Shown: piece after piece, positions 45,319 through 59,251 of the stretch
Numbering within the stretch: position 1 is the stretch's first letter
How the letters are laid out: each line of letters begins with the position of its first letter
Translations under genes and position numbers: made by a program
The notes under the pieces: generated by a model
Databases searched by the model: none
Told to the model about the DNA's origin: nothing
The model's input: the letters and a program-made list of their open reading frames with translations, nothing else
From: the human T2T-CHM13v2.0 reference genome, Homo sapiens
Assembly (NCBI RefSeq): GCF_009914755.1
Contig: NC_060945.1
Strand: one strand, 5' to 3'
Length of the DNA: 64,000 nt

Positions 45319-45678
45319 ATTAATAGACAAGTATAACAACTAGTAATTAACAAATAAATAACATCAATTATTTACCTGTTTTAACATCACCTGGCCACAG
45401 TTCCACCTAAATGATGGCAACATGTTTCCAATCTGTGGCTTTCTGCTACGTTTTATTTGCCTTGGAATATTTGCATTTACTCATCAATGCTACAAACTTA
45501 CTTACATATTGTAGGGGCATGCAGATGTATTCCATGAGCTTCAATTAATAAATGATTGGGACTAAAAAGGAAAAAGTAAAGAAATTGAAATTTGACCTAC
45601 TGCCCAAAGCTTGCTAATTGCTTATTTTATTTCAGTTTTAATCTTCAGGTCCTGAGCAAATTATCCATCATAACCAGC

Positions 45679-47957
45679 TGATATGGTTTGGCTGTGCCCT
45701 CACTGAAATCTCAAATTGAGTTATATCTGTCAGAATTCCCAAGTGTTGTGGGAGCGACCTGGGGGAGGTAATTGAGTCAGGGGGGCTGGTCTTTACCGTG
45801 CTATCATCATGATAGTAAATAAGTCTCAAGAGATCTGATGGGTTTAACAGAGGTTTCTGCTTTTGCTTCTTTCATATTTTTCTCTTGCCACCACCATGTA
45901 AGAAGTGCCTTTCACCTGCCACCATGATTTTGAGGCCTCCCCAGGCAAGCAAAACTGTAAGGACAATTAAAACTCTTTTTGTTTCCAGTTTCAGGTATGT
46001 CTTTATCAGCAGCATGAAAATGAACTAATACAGTTAATTGGTACCAGGAGTGGTGTGATGCTGAAAAGACACCTGAAAATGTGCAAGAGGCTTTGGAACT
46101 GGGTAACAGGCAAAGGTTCTAACAGTTTGGAGGGCTCAGAAGAAGACAGGAAAATGTGGGAAAGTTTGGAACCTCCTAGAGACTTGTTGAATGCCTTTGA
46201 CCAAAATACTGATGGTGATATGAACAATAAGGTCCAGGCTAAGGTGGTCTCATATGGAGATGAGGAACTTGTTAGGAACTGGAGCAAAGATGACTCTTGT
46301 TATGTTTTTAGCAAAGAGACTGGCAGCATTTTGATCCTGCCCCAGAGATTTGTGGAACTTTAAATTTGAGAGAGATGATTTAGGGTATCTGGTGGAAGAA
46401 ATTTCTAAGCAGCAAAGCATTCAAGAGGTGACTTGCGTGCTGTTGAAGGTATTCAGTTTTAAAAGGGAAAAAGAGCATAAAAGTTCAGAAAATTTGTAGC
46501 CTAACAATGCAGTAGAAAGGAAAAACTCGTTTTTTTGAGTGGAAATTCAAGCTGGCTACAGAAATTTGCATAAGGAACTAGGACCCAAATGTTAATCCCC
46601 AAGACAGTGGGAAAAATGTCTCCAACCCATGTCAGAGATATTCATGGCAGCCTCTCCCATCACAGGCCCAAAGGCCCAGGAAGACAAAGTGGTTTTGTGG
46701 GCCTGGCCCACAGTTCTTGTGCTGTGTACAGCCTAGGGACCTGGTGCCCTGTGTACCAGCTGCTCCAGCCGTGGATGAAAGGGGCCAAAGTAGACCTCAT
46801 GCTGTGGCCTCAGGGGGTGGAAGCCCCAAGCCTTGGCAGCTTCCACATGGTGTTGAGCCTGTGGGTGCACAGAAATCAAGAACTGAAGTTTGGGAACATC
46901 CACATAGATTTCAGAAGTTGTATGGAAACACCTGGATGTCCAGGCAGAAGTTTGCTGCAGGACAGGGTGCTCATGAGAACCTCTGCTAAGACAGTGCAGA
47001 AGGAAAATGTGGGGTGGGAGCCAACACAGAGATCCAACTAGGGCACTGCCTAGTGGATTTGTGAGAAGAGGACCACTGTCCTCCAGTCCCCAGAATGGTA
47101 GATCCACCAATAGCTTGCACTGTGTGCCTGGAAAAGCTGCAGACACTCAACGCCAGCCCATGAAAGCAGCCAGGAGGAGAGCTGTACTCTGCAAAGCCAC
47201 AGGGGTGGAGCTGCCCGAGACTATGGAAACCCACCTCTTGCATCAGCGTGACCTGGATGTGAGATCTGGAGTCAAAGGAGATCATGTTGGAACTTTAAAA
47301 TTTGACTGCGCCACTGCGTTTCAGACTTGCATGGGCCCTGTAACTCCTTTGTTTTGGCCATTTTTTCCTATTTGGAATGGCTGTATTTACCCAATACCCG
47401 TATCCCCATTGTCTCTAGGAAGTAACTAGTTTGTTTTTGATTTTACAGGCTCATAGGTGGAAGAGACTTGCCTCATCTCCAATGAGACTTTGGTCTCTGA
47501 ACTTTTGGGTTAATGCTGAAACGAGTTAAGACTTTGGGAGACTGTTGGGAAGGCATGATTGGTTGTGAAATGTCAGGACATGAGATTTGGAGGGGCCAGG
47601 GATGGAATGATATGGTTTGGCTGTGCCCCCAGTGAAATCTAACTTGCATTGTATCCCCCATATTTCCCACATGCTGTGGGATGGACCCAGGGGGACGTAA
47701 TTGAATCATGGGGGCTGGTCTTTCCCGTGCCATTCTCATGATAGTAAATAAGTCTCATGAGATCTAACGGGTTTATCAGGGGTTTCCGCTTTTGGTTCTT
47801 CCTTATTTTTCTCTTGCTGCCATCATATAAGAAGTGCCTTTTGTCTCCCACCATGATTCTGAGGCCTCCCCAGCCATGTGGAACTGTAAGTCCAATTAAA
47901 ACTCTTTTTGTTCCCAGTTTCAGGTACGTCTTTATCAGCAGCATGAAAACTAGTACA
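45679..47957 (+). mobile_element. Full-length THE1A-type MaLR (5' LTR 45679-46032, internal 46033-47607, 3' LTR 47608-47957)
   Basis: Both LTRs run tgatatggtttggctgtg...taca; perfect 5-bp TSD ccagc at 45674-45678 and 47958-47962; gggtttatcaggggtttccgctttt is THE1A-like. Confidence 0.95.
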
Positions 47958-48119
47958 CCAGCTGTATATAATTGGAACTTATATATGCCTTGTTCTTTCT
48001 CAACTTCTTTATCTAATCATTTTTCAGAGTCAACCACCTGAGAAGGTATATATACTTACTACTTTTTTTTAACAATCTGTTTCAGTCTGGATTACATTCT
48101 CATCTCTCTGTAGAATGTA

Positions 48120-48830
48120 GTGTCACAATTGTTAACTAACATTGGAGATCAGGTCCCAGATTTGATCCTCATTAAAGTCCTTCTTGAAACAGTATTTTCA
48201 CTTTGCTTTTCTGATAGCACATTCTCCTGGTTTTCATCCTGTTTCTTGATCTTCTCTCATCCTGCCTTATCCATCTCTACCTAGACATCAAATATTCATG
48301 TTGCCTGAAGCTTGGAACTTTAGTCTGGTTAAATTTGCCATATTTTCAAAGTAATTTTTCTGTATTAACTTCTTTCTTTCTTTCTCTACTCTTATGACTC
48401 CCAGCACTGACTTATTTTTGAATATCCACACTCATTTGTTCCAATGTTCATTTCACATCTCCACATTTTTTCCAGAGGCACCTTGAATTAAACCTATCCA
48501 AAAGTGAATCCATGAAACTTTATCAACAGTCTTTCAAAGCCAATGTTACCAATGACTTTACAATGATAAAATTCAGAAAAGCTGCAGTTCTCCCAGTGTC
48601 CTCTTCCGTGCTCTATTTAATTCATTACCAAACCCTATTTATTTTACTCATTAAATATCATTAGAATATGTTAATTGTTTTCTGTATGTTTCAGTCTCTC
48701 CTGGTTCATGTTAGTATCACTTCCTGCCTAGACTACTGCAGTGGTTTACTAACTGGTTTCTCTAAACCTACTTTTGCTTCCTTCCTTTAAATTAATTTTC
48801 CACACCTACATATGTAGTTAATATTATAAA
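48120..48830 (+). mobile_element. L2 fragments (degraded)
   Basis: Pyrimidine-rich L2-like tracts (cattctcctggttttcatcct; gcctagactactgcagtggtttactaactggtttc). Confidence 0.55.
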
Positions 48831-50365
48831 ATGTGATGTCAAAGATATTGGAAAGTCAATTAAGTATGTAAAGTTTAATGTTGTTATCAGATCTATGCTA
48901 GAAAAATATTTGGTAGCAGTGAAGCATTTGAGTGAAAGAAAGATTCTCGCTTTAGGAGAGTTGAGCTGATCTTAAGAGGCTCATGTAGTAAATGGTAACA
49001 GGAATGAGAAGGAGAGTTATCTAAGTATTAATCTTCTGCATTGTGCTTGGTGGTTAATAGGATATGGTGAAGAGTGAGATGCCAGGCCATGTGGGCAAGT
49101 ACAAAAAGCAGTAGCTGCCCTTTGCTAAAAAATTATTCATGATATTCCTAATTAGATTTAATGCACTGTTCTTTACAGCTCTCTAAGAAAATTATAACAC
49201 TCTCTTTGTCACCTATTAGCCATTATATATTTATGTGGGCACATGGGTATATATGCATGCACACATGAGGGTATATATGTGTATAAACCTATACATCAGG
49301 TTATGACAGTATGAGTGTGACTTCTTCTATTGGTCTTCCTCAGTGATCTACTGCTTTCTAGGAATATATTGCATCTGGAAACGTATTTCACAGATGAATC
49401 AGCCAATAATTTCTGAGCACATCAAATATCATTATCTAGAAATCATTTTCTTTGACTATAAACTTTTATACCTAACAAAAGTTTATTAATTTATTTATGA
49501 TGATAGCTGAAGTTATAGACTATATGTCAGAATTTATGAGTTTAATATTTTCTGGGCTTAAAAATTGCCAAGTAAGTCATCTTTCATGTGTTATATGGCC
49601 TAAATTAGCACTCTGAATAGCCCCATCTGTTAAAAAAAAAGTGTTCAAATATCTAACAATAATGAAAGAAAAGAGAACAGTTGTGACTTAGTAACTCAGT
49701 TAAGCAGAAGACTGAAAATCACATACATTTTGATCATCTGTTATTTTTCTTTTTATATGGTTATCATTTGTAATATTTGAAATTTGTTAAAGTCTATATG
49801 AATACTTTCTAAATATATACCATTCATCAACAAGGTGAGTAATAAATGTAAGCTATTTAATTTACATACCTAATTTACTGGCATTTGTCTTTGGAAAACA
49901 ATTTTGTATAAAAAATTACTTTGAAATGTAACAAGTATTTCATAGGCATTTAATAAAATTTCTTCATTTTAATAATTATTTTGAATATCCTTGAGAGAAA
50001 TTTAAGAAAAAGAATAAATACATTTTTCTTCTTATTTAACTTGTGTAGTTCCACTAGATTTTTTACTCCAAAACTTTTTTCTATGTTGTCCGTATTTAAT
50101 AGAGATATATGTAATCTACAGTAATCATATGGGAAAATATTCATATTTATAAGGATGTATATATTTAGTGTAAAATTATTTAGAAAATAAAATATTTTCT
50201 ACTGTACCAAGGTACAAATGTATTGAGCATAATATTTATGCAGTTTAAGTTTTTCTTAAACATATAAAAAATTATTGTAGCAAAATGGAAGGGTAACCAA
50301 ATTTGACTTTCAGTGTAACCAATTTTATATCACTGTTAAGTAGAACGACATTTGTTCAATTAAAA

Positions 50366-50875
50366 TGGATTGAGTCTGGATTCTCTAAGAGAAAGAACCA
50401 ATAGAAATATATATATTTGTGTGTTTTTATATGTGTGTGGAGAGAGAGAGAGAGAATGTTATTATAAGAAATTGGTTCACATGATGATGGAGGCTGAGAA
50501 TTCTCAAGATCTTCAGTTGTTGAGCTGGAGGCCTAAGAGAGCCAGCAATATCATTCCAGTCCAAGTCCAAAGGTCTAAGAATCAGGAGAGCTGATGGTGT
50601 AAGTTCCAGTCTAAGTCTGAATCCAAAGGCAAGAAAAGACTGATGTCTAAGCTCAAAGACAGGCAGAGAGAGAGAATGATCTTATTTTACCCTTTTATTC
50701 TATTCATGCCTTCAAAAGATTGGATAATACTCAACTGTATCGGGGAGGTCCATCTGTTTTAATCAGTCCATACATGAACATGCTCATCTTTGCTGGCAAT
50801 ATCCTCACAGAAGCACTCAGAAATAATGGTTAATAAGTTATACACAGTCAAACTGACACATAACAGTAACCAGCA
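50366..50875 (-). mobile_element. MLT2 (B/C-type) LTR with internal (TG)/(GA) repeat
   Basis: ttctctaagagaaagaaccaatag...tattataagaaattggttcacatgatgatggaggctgag...cagtcaaactgacacataa. Confidence 0.85.
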
Positions 50876-50939
50876 ACTCATGAGCACACTTTTTAAAAAA
50901 TGTCCTTGTCTCAGAAATTGACAAAGATCAAGGCATAAA

Positions 50940-51170
50940 ATAATAATGGTTAAGAGCACACCCCATGATGGCGGACTCCTTGGATTTGAATCTCAACTCC
51001 TCCACTTGTATAATAGGTCAATGATCACAGAAAATTCCATTATCCATTCAAAATGTTAACGTATTTATCTCTAAGAGATCATTATAACTCTGTCACAGAG
51101 CTATATTAAGTCTCAGTGATATAATCATGGAATTTTTAAAAATAGGTAGCCTATTATAAGTGTGAATGAA
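50940..51170 (+). mobile_element. MIR
   Basis: ataatggttaagagcac...ggatttgaatctcaactcctccactt. Confidence 0.55.
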
Positions 51171-51967
51171 AATTTTAACCCTTTAAACATTTTGCTGAAT
51201 GATATAATGGAAATAAGTATATTGAGTCAACTGAATTCTACTTTACAATAGGGAAGTGGAAACTTTCAGTTTTATAATTTTTATTTACAGTAGGGTATGG
51301 AGGTTTACTAATCATCAAATTTACCTAGGCAAATCCAAGCCACCAAAATCAACATTTAATCTGACTGCTTAATTTATATAAGTGTGTATAAATTATGGAC
51401 ACAAATACACTTTTAAGCAGACATCTACCATTTTATTGTAAGTTTTGATAGTTTCATTGAGTTTAATACTTAGCACAACATGGATATTGACATTTTAAGA
51501 TGAAGGTCTTACATCACATCTGTAAATATTTCCAATGGAATCAAAACACAATAATTATGTAATATCCAGAATTATCTGCTTTCAAAAAAAAATTAACAGT
51601 GTTTGGTTTAACAGTCAGAAATTTTATCTTTTTCTCCTCAAACCAATTTCACTCAACTATCACTATTTAATAATCATTATAATGCATATATATTTAAAAA
51701 TAAATATTTTCTTGATATAATTTATTATTTGTGACCATAAGCATCTGTAAATAAAAAAAATCAAGAGTAAGTTATTCTTCTAGTAATTATTAGTCCCTGT
51801 TATAAATGATGTAAACTTATCATGTTTTCATAAACAACTTTAACAAATTAAAGTGATTTTTGAAAACACAGCTCTCTATGAGAACGTAATTTATATTAAT
51901 GATTAATTTATTATTACAATGGGACAGAGTTTACCATACATTCTATTCTTACTATTTTTTAGGTCAT

Positions 51968-54215
51968 TGACATGGTCTGGCTGTGCACTCACTCAAATCT
52001 AATCTTGAATTGTAACTCCCACAATTCTCATGTGTCATGGGAGGAACCCAGTAGGAGGTGGTTGAATTATGGGGCAGGTCTTTCCTGCACTGTTCTCATG
52101 ATAATGAATGAGTCTCACGAGATCCGATGGTTTTAAAAATGGGAATTTCCCTATACAAGCTCTCTTCTCTTGTCTGCCACCATGTCAGATGGACCTTTCA
52201 CCTTCTGTCATAATTGTGATGTCTCCCTAGCCATGTGGAACTGTAAGTCCAGTAAACCTCTTTATTTTTAAATTGCACAGTTTCAAGTGTGTCTTTATCA
52301 GTGGCATGAAAATGGACTAATACAGTAAATTGGTACCAGTAGGGTGGGGCACTGATGAAACGATACCTGAAATTGTGGAAGCCACTTTGGAACTGGGTAA
52401 CAAGCAGAGGTTGGAACAGTTTGGAGGGCTCAGAAGAAGACAGGAAAATGTTGGAAAGTTTGGAACCTCCTAGAGACTGGTTGAATGCCTTTGACCAATA
52501 TGCTAATAGAAATATGGGCAATAAAGTCTAGGCTGAGGTGGTCACAGATAAAAATGAGGAACTTTTTAGGAACTGGAGCAAAGGTGACTCTTGTTATGTT
52601 GTAGCAAATAGACTGGCAGCATTTTGCCTCTGCCCTAGAGATTTGTGGAACTTTGAACTTGAGAGAGATGATTTAGGGTTTCTGGTGGAATAAATTTCCA
52701 AGCAGTAAAGCACTCAAGAGGTGACTTGGGTGCTGTTGAAGCTATTCAGTTTTAAAAGGGAAGCACAGCATAAAAGTTTAGAAAATATGCAGCCAGACAA
52801 TGCGTTAGAAAAGAAAATCCCATTTCCTAAGGAGAAATTCAAGCCAGCTGCAGAAATTTGCCTAAGTAACTAGGAGCCAAATGTTAATCCCAAAGACAAC
52901 AGGGAAAATGTCTCCAAAGCATTTCAAAGCTCTTCACAAGCCCCTCCCATCACAGGCCTGGAGGTCTAGGAGGAAAAAGTGGTTATGTGGGTCGGGCCCA
53001 GGGTCCCAGTGCTATGCGCAGGACTTGGTGCCCTACATCCCAGCTACTCCAGCCATGGCTGAAAGGGGTACACCTAGAGCTTGGGCTATGGTTTCAGAGG
53101 ATTCAAGCCCCAAGCCTTGGCAGCTTCTATATGGTGTTGACCCTGCTGGTACACAGAAGTGACGAATTGGGGTTTGGGAACCTCCGCCTACATTTCAGAG
53201 GATGTATGGAAACGAGTGGATGCCCAGGCAGAAGTTTGCTTCAGGGGCAGGGCTCTCATATAGAACCTCTGCTAGGGCAGCATGGAAGGGAAATGTGGGT
53301 TTGGAGTCCCCACAGAGAGTCCCTACTGGGGCACTACCTAGTGGAGCTGTGAGAAGAGGGACATCATTCTACAGAACCCAGAATTGTAGATTCACTGACA
53401 GCTTGCACTGTGAGCCTGGAAAAGCCACAGACACTCAACACAAGCCCATGGAAACAGCCAGGAGCGAGGCTGCCTAAGACCACAGGAAGCAATCTTTTGC
53501 ATCAGCATGACCGAGATGTAAGACATTGAGTCAAAATATCATTTTGGAGCTTCAAGATTTGACTGCTCTGCTGGATTTCAGACTTACATGGGGTTGTAGC
53601 CCCTTTGTTTTGGCCAATTTCTCCCATTTGGAATGGCTGTATTTACCCAGTGCCTGTACCCACATTGTATCTAGGATGTAACTAACTTGCTTTTGATTTT
53701 ACATGCTTATAGGCAGAAGGGACTTGACTTGTCTCAGAAGAGACCTTGTACTGTAGACTTTTGAGTTAATGCTGAAATGAGTTAAGACTATGGAGGACTA
53801 TTGGGAAGGCATGATTGGTTTTTGAAATATGAGGACATGAGATTTAGAAGAGGCCAGTGGTGGAATAATATGGTTTGGCTGTGCCCCCAAGCAAATCTCA
53901 TCTTGAATTGTACTTCCCACATGTCATGGGAGGAACCTGGTGAGAGGTGATTGAATTATGGGGGCGGGTCTTTCCTGCACTGTTCTCTTGATAGTGAATG
54001 AGTCTCGCCAGATCTGATGGCTTTAAAAATCAGAGTTTCCCTACACAAGTTCTCTTCTCTTGTCTACCACCATGTGAGATGTGCCTTTCAACTTCCGCCA
54101 TGTTTGTGAGGTTTCCTCAGCCACATAGAACTGTAAGTCTGATAAACTTCTTTCTTTTGTAAATTGTCCAGTCTCGGGCATGTCTGTAACAGCAATATGA
54201 AAATGAACTAATACA
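51968..54215 (+). mobile_element. Full-length THE1B-type MaLR (5' LTR 51968-52324, internal 52325-53865, 3' LTR 53866-54215)
   Basis: Two LTRs flanking THE1-int; TSD gtcat/ctcat (4 of 5 match); ggttttaaaaatgggaatttccct is THE1B-like. Confidence 0.93.
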
Positions 54216-54657
54216 CTCATCTTTATAGATGTAGGTATTGAAATAACTTGTCCACATAAACAAATAGATGAGGATAAGTGTGCTATTCTAGCAATGACAT
54301 TGAATTCTTTCAACTCTTTTCAGGTGTTTGTAAATGTCTCATTCTAATTCTTCAGCAAATATTATTTTTAAGTGGCCTATCAACAAACAATCCAAGTAGG
54401 TAAATTCTTTAGTTTTGTTGAAAACTGATAGTTGGAATCATTTGATTTTCAAATGTATTTATTTTTTATCCTGTCATTAAAATTCTTTATTTTTTCAAAA
54501 TCATTATAAAAACATTTTGATTGGTCTCAGTAGTGATGCCTAGGATCTTTGTAATTTTCTGGGGCAATCACCCTGCTAGTTTAGTGCTGGGCAACAGATA
54601 TTTTACTTTGAAAAATTGGGAGAGGTTTATTATAACATGGCAGAAAATTAGAACTTG

Positions 54658-54990
<333 letters not shown>

Positions 54991-57055
54991 TTAGGAAATA
55001 TTTAACATAAAAGATGAAATTATTTAAATTAGAAATTAATTCCCTTAAATTATCTGTGCTCACACCCTTGAATGCCTCCAGGTACTTCACTGAGCACCCA
55101 AAATCGAAGTAGTAGACTAATGATCTAACCACCAACAATACATTGGCTGGGCAAACAACTTCACAAAGCTTTTGTTGGCTGAGCATTTCAGATTTCTATT
55201 TCTAGGGTCTTTCCTAAATAAAAATTCTAGGGACTGACTAAGGAAACTAAAGAATAAAAAGTCTTTAAAAACAGGTGATATATAATATTTTGTAAATCTA
55301 TTCTAAAATTCATTAGGGTTGTTCTTTACCAAGGCTGGATATTCTCTTGGGACATAGTCTCTTTTGTGTACAGAACAGTTTCTTATTTTAATTTCCTCCA
55401 TAATTTAAATCTTGATGAATTTATTTCATTAGCACATTAAATCTGCATAGCACTTACATTGCCCATCTCTCTTAACACAAACTAAAGTAAAAAATATCCT
55501 CTGTTGTTTGAGATTTCATTTGGGTAGATTGGGTTCTGACTGATTGCCTGCTCTTCATTACCTCATCACAAGTTGCATTGATTAAGATTAAAGCAGCTAC
55601 GCTTACATCTTTTCAACATCTTATTTAAAACTTATTTCAAACTTTTGTTCATTTTAGAAATTGTGTATTATATATACTGGGAAATCGTTTCCAAAAATTA
55701 TTTCCACCTACAATGTATTCACAAGCTCTTAATTTTCACCTTGCCTAGTCTAATGCCTTTCAATCTAAAGCAATTTGTAAATAACTTGATCTTTACCTTC
55801 AAATGATAGTTGCAGGAGCTGATAAAAGCAAAGATCAATGGGCCATCTCCTAAAGAAAGGGGTAGTTTTCCTGTCCCAAGATCTTCCCTGCCCCCAGAGC
55901 CAGATTAGATCTCTATTCAAATGGGTGGCCATCAAAAGTGATAAGTAGTAAACAAAATACCACAGGTCCAAGACCTCTCATACAAATAAAACTCATAGTC
56001 CCTTGTTGATTTGAGGAACCAGGTTATGATGTTTTGCATACACATTGTGTTTTAAATATCTCAAGTGTATAGATCTAAGGAGGTTTGTATTATTATTATT
56101 GTAATTGAAAAAGAAAAACTTAAAGCAACCATATTATACTTATCTTAAATTCATGGCATATGTGTCATAAAATTCAAATAATCTTATCACATTATAAAGA
56201 AAACACCCATATTGGTGATAATTTGAACAACTGAATTTTCCATTTTTCTGTGAATTGTTGAATAATTAGTAATAAGCAGGTTTTACCCACAACTTAGTAT
56301 GTACTGAGCACTGGGTAAGATTCTTACCTACATTATAACATTAATAAGTGTAAGTCCATGAGGCATGCATTTTAAACAGATAAATCTGGGATTGACAACA
56401 CTGACCCACATGGCTCTAAGATCTGTTCAAAACACCTACCTCTCTGAAAATAATAAATCATTTATTCTCTTTAGACTGATTAATATTCTTAAGAAAGATA
56501 ACTAGAAAGAGGGACAAGTAAAATGGCAGAAGTAATTAAAATGAACATGACCATGTTTTTGTTGCCATAGTTTTTGATGGAAATAATAGTTTTTTCCTCA
56601 GTTGCCAACTTGGTTTCCAAGTTTCAGAGGTCATAAGACGTCTGGGGAACACATTTTTTCATTACAAATTCAATGTGATGTGATTCAATATGATGTTACA
56701 TTTGTGAAAGTTTAAATCAGCCCTTAAGAGAAGAAAAACAAAAATGAATTATCTTCAAAAAGTCATAACAGAGAGTGAATGATTGTATTTATTATTTGAA
56801 AACACCACTCACCTACCACCAAATATTTACTGATTTGAAGCAGGGCTTTTTGATATTTTTCTTGAAGATTCATCCTTTTGGTTGGGTAAGGGATTGGGGA
56901 AGTTTCTCTTATATTCAAGAAGGCATAATCTTACCTGGGTGGGTTGAAGTTGATGGTTCAGTAGAATTATGATAGCTTCAACATTGGATTTCTATATGCA
57001 TATGAGAGGAGCTCTAATCATAGGAAAGAGGTTCTTTTTACAAGATTTAACATAA

Positions 57056-57428
57056 TGCCTTAGCTTGTTTTCCTTTACTATAACAGAATACCACAGACTG
57101 GGTAATTTATAAAGAAAGGAAATTTATTTTTTACAGTTCTGGGGGAGACTGAGAAGTCCAGGAACATGGGACCAGCATCTGGTGAGAGAAAGGTGCAAGT
57201 TATCACATGAAAAGAGGGCAAAGGCATGAGTGTGAAAGTGGCAAAATATGAAGAATGTCGTTGCTTTATAATAACCTACTCTCGCAGTAACTAATTCAGT
57301 ACTGTGACAGCAGCATTAATCCCTCTTAATTACCTAATCATCTCTTAAAGATACTGCCTCCCAAATCACCACATGAGGAACCAAATTTCCAACACATAAA
57401 TTCTGGGGGACACACACAAATCACAGCA
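57056..57428 (-). mobile_element. MSTC/MLT1A-type MaLR solo LTR
   Basis: ataacagaataccacagactgggtaatttataaag...ttctgggggacacacacaaatcacagca. Confidence 0.85.
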
Positions 57429-59251
57429 TATAGTTACTGTGTTTGTCATGAAAAGACTAACAGATACAGACACTGCAGAAATTCATTAACTCTGAATATA
57501 CAACCAGAAAAGCATATGACAGAAGCCATTCCTCATCAAAAGCACCTATCCTCATTTAGTTCTTCAATTAGGACAGTCAGTCAGACAATCAGTATTTGAT
57601 GAGTATCATGTATGGCAAAATATAAGCAAAGCCTCTCTCCTCTTAAATATATAAATTAAAGAAGAGACTTTATGAAAACCATCTTTTTACACACAGCTAT
57701 TATATTGTTCTTCAAAATCATTAAAATGAAACTCTCTGTGTAATAATATTGTATATAAATAATGAGATAAGAGTTTCTAGTAAAAGATACCTAGCCTTTC
57801 CTTCCCAAAGCACCTTGCTCTGTTTGTTATCTCATTCCAGAGATGAGAATAAAATGTTAACAGCTGATAATAAAATGTTAACAGCTGCTTCATTGTGAGT
57901 TTCTTATGTCAAAGATCAGGTTATATGCAAATTTATTTCAGGGACACAAACACGGTAGAGACTGCCAAGGTCTAGGATAACATTGTATTTATGTGTTAAT
58001 TCAAGACCACATACACAGCAGGACTCTGTAATTGATTTCTGAATAAATCATTATCCCATTAGTTTTATTGGTAACTGAAAATTGTCATTTATCAAATGAA
58101 GATTTAGTAGAAAAGAAAAATAAATTATACTGAAAAGTTACCCCATTGTCCAAGATATATTTAAGCTATATTTTAACTCCACCTTTAACAGGTGGGTTCA
58201 AAGATGCTTAAGTAGTTTTATAAAAAGCTAGTATTGATGCATCCGGTAGTCACATTCATGTTTAACTTCAGAACTTATTCTCCTCCATGGTACTATAACT
58301 TAATGTCTTTTTAATGCATGTCTGATAGAGAAATATATGAAATTAGTAATATTATTATGCAAATATTCTCCCTAAATACTGATTTAAAAAACATATAACC
58401 ACTGAAATTTGCTTCTAAATGATTCCTGTGCTCAGTGGTTTTACTATGCAGGCATCATACAAAATCTAAATTCATCCATCTCACCTTCCAAGTTTTTGTT
58501 AAAGAACCACGAATATGTCAAGATATTATTGAAAAGGAAAGAAGTTATTTTAATTCAGAATGCTACATTAATGCAGCGTGCCATTATGCCCCCTACAAGC
58601 CTTTTTTGTACATCATATATCTTTTCTGAACTTTGAATATCCTTTGAAGTTAAAAGGTGTTTCATGGACAGATGAGATGGATGGCTCTGTGGAAAAGTTA
58701 AAAATTGGGGTGATTATTAATTTTGTCTCAAATTCTCACACGATATTTCTAGGAGAAATCTGATCCAATAACATAGTTCTCATAAAGTGGAAGTTCAATC
58801 AGAGCAAGAAATTGATCATGTACATGTTCAATCACTAAACTTAAATCTTGACAGAAAAATAATTTAGATTTCACATTTTAAAAATGGTATGGCATACCAA
58901 GTATAATTCTAAGCTTATTCCAGCAGCCTTGAATGCAATAATTTAATAGCAGATTTACCTAGTAATTGGAACTAAAAATAGTTAACATGCTGTGTTTTCA
59001 TTTTACTTACACAGGGCAAATTATTTACATCACTTGTCTTCAATTATGTAGGCTGACTTCTTAGGGCAGAGTGGCTTTTCAGAAGCTGCCTCTGGGAATA
59101 AAATAAACCAAAAGATATTTTTTTTTTGGAAACTCTCTGTTGTAGAACCATACGGCCCATTTCAAAATATAAACTATCACAGTAACAAATATTTGGTGTT
59201 ATTAAGAAAAACAATAATTTTTGTGATATCAACACCCTTAAGAACTATAAA

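Noticed and set aside
46055-47429. Several 90-150-aa ORFs suggesting a gene
   Set aside because: All lie in THE1-int; they are fragmented, overlap on both strands and recur in the other THE1 copies
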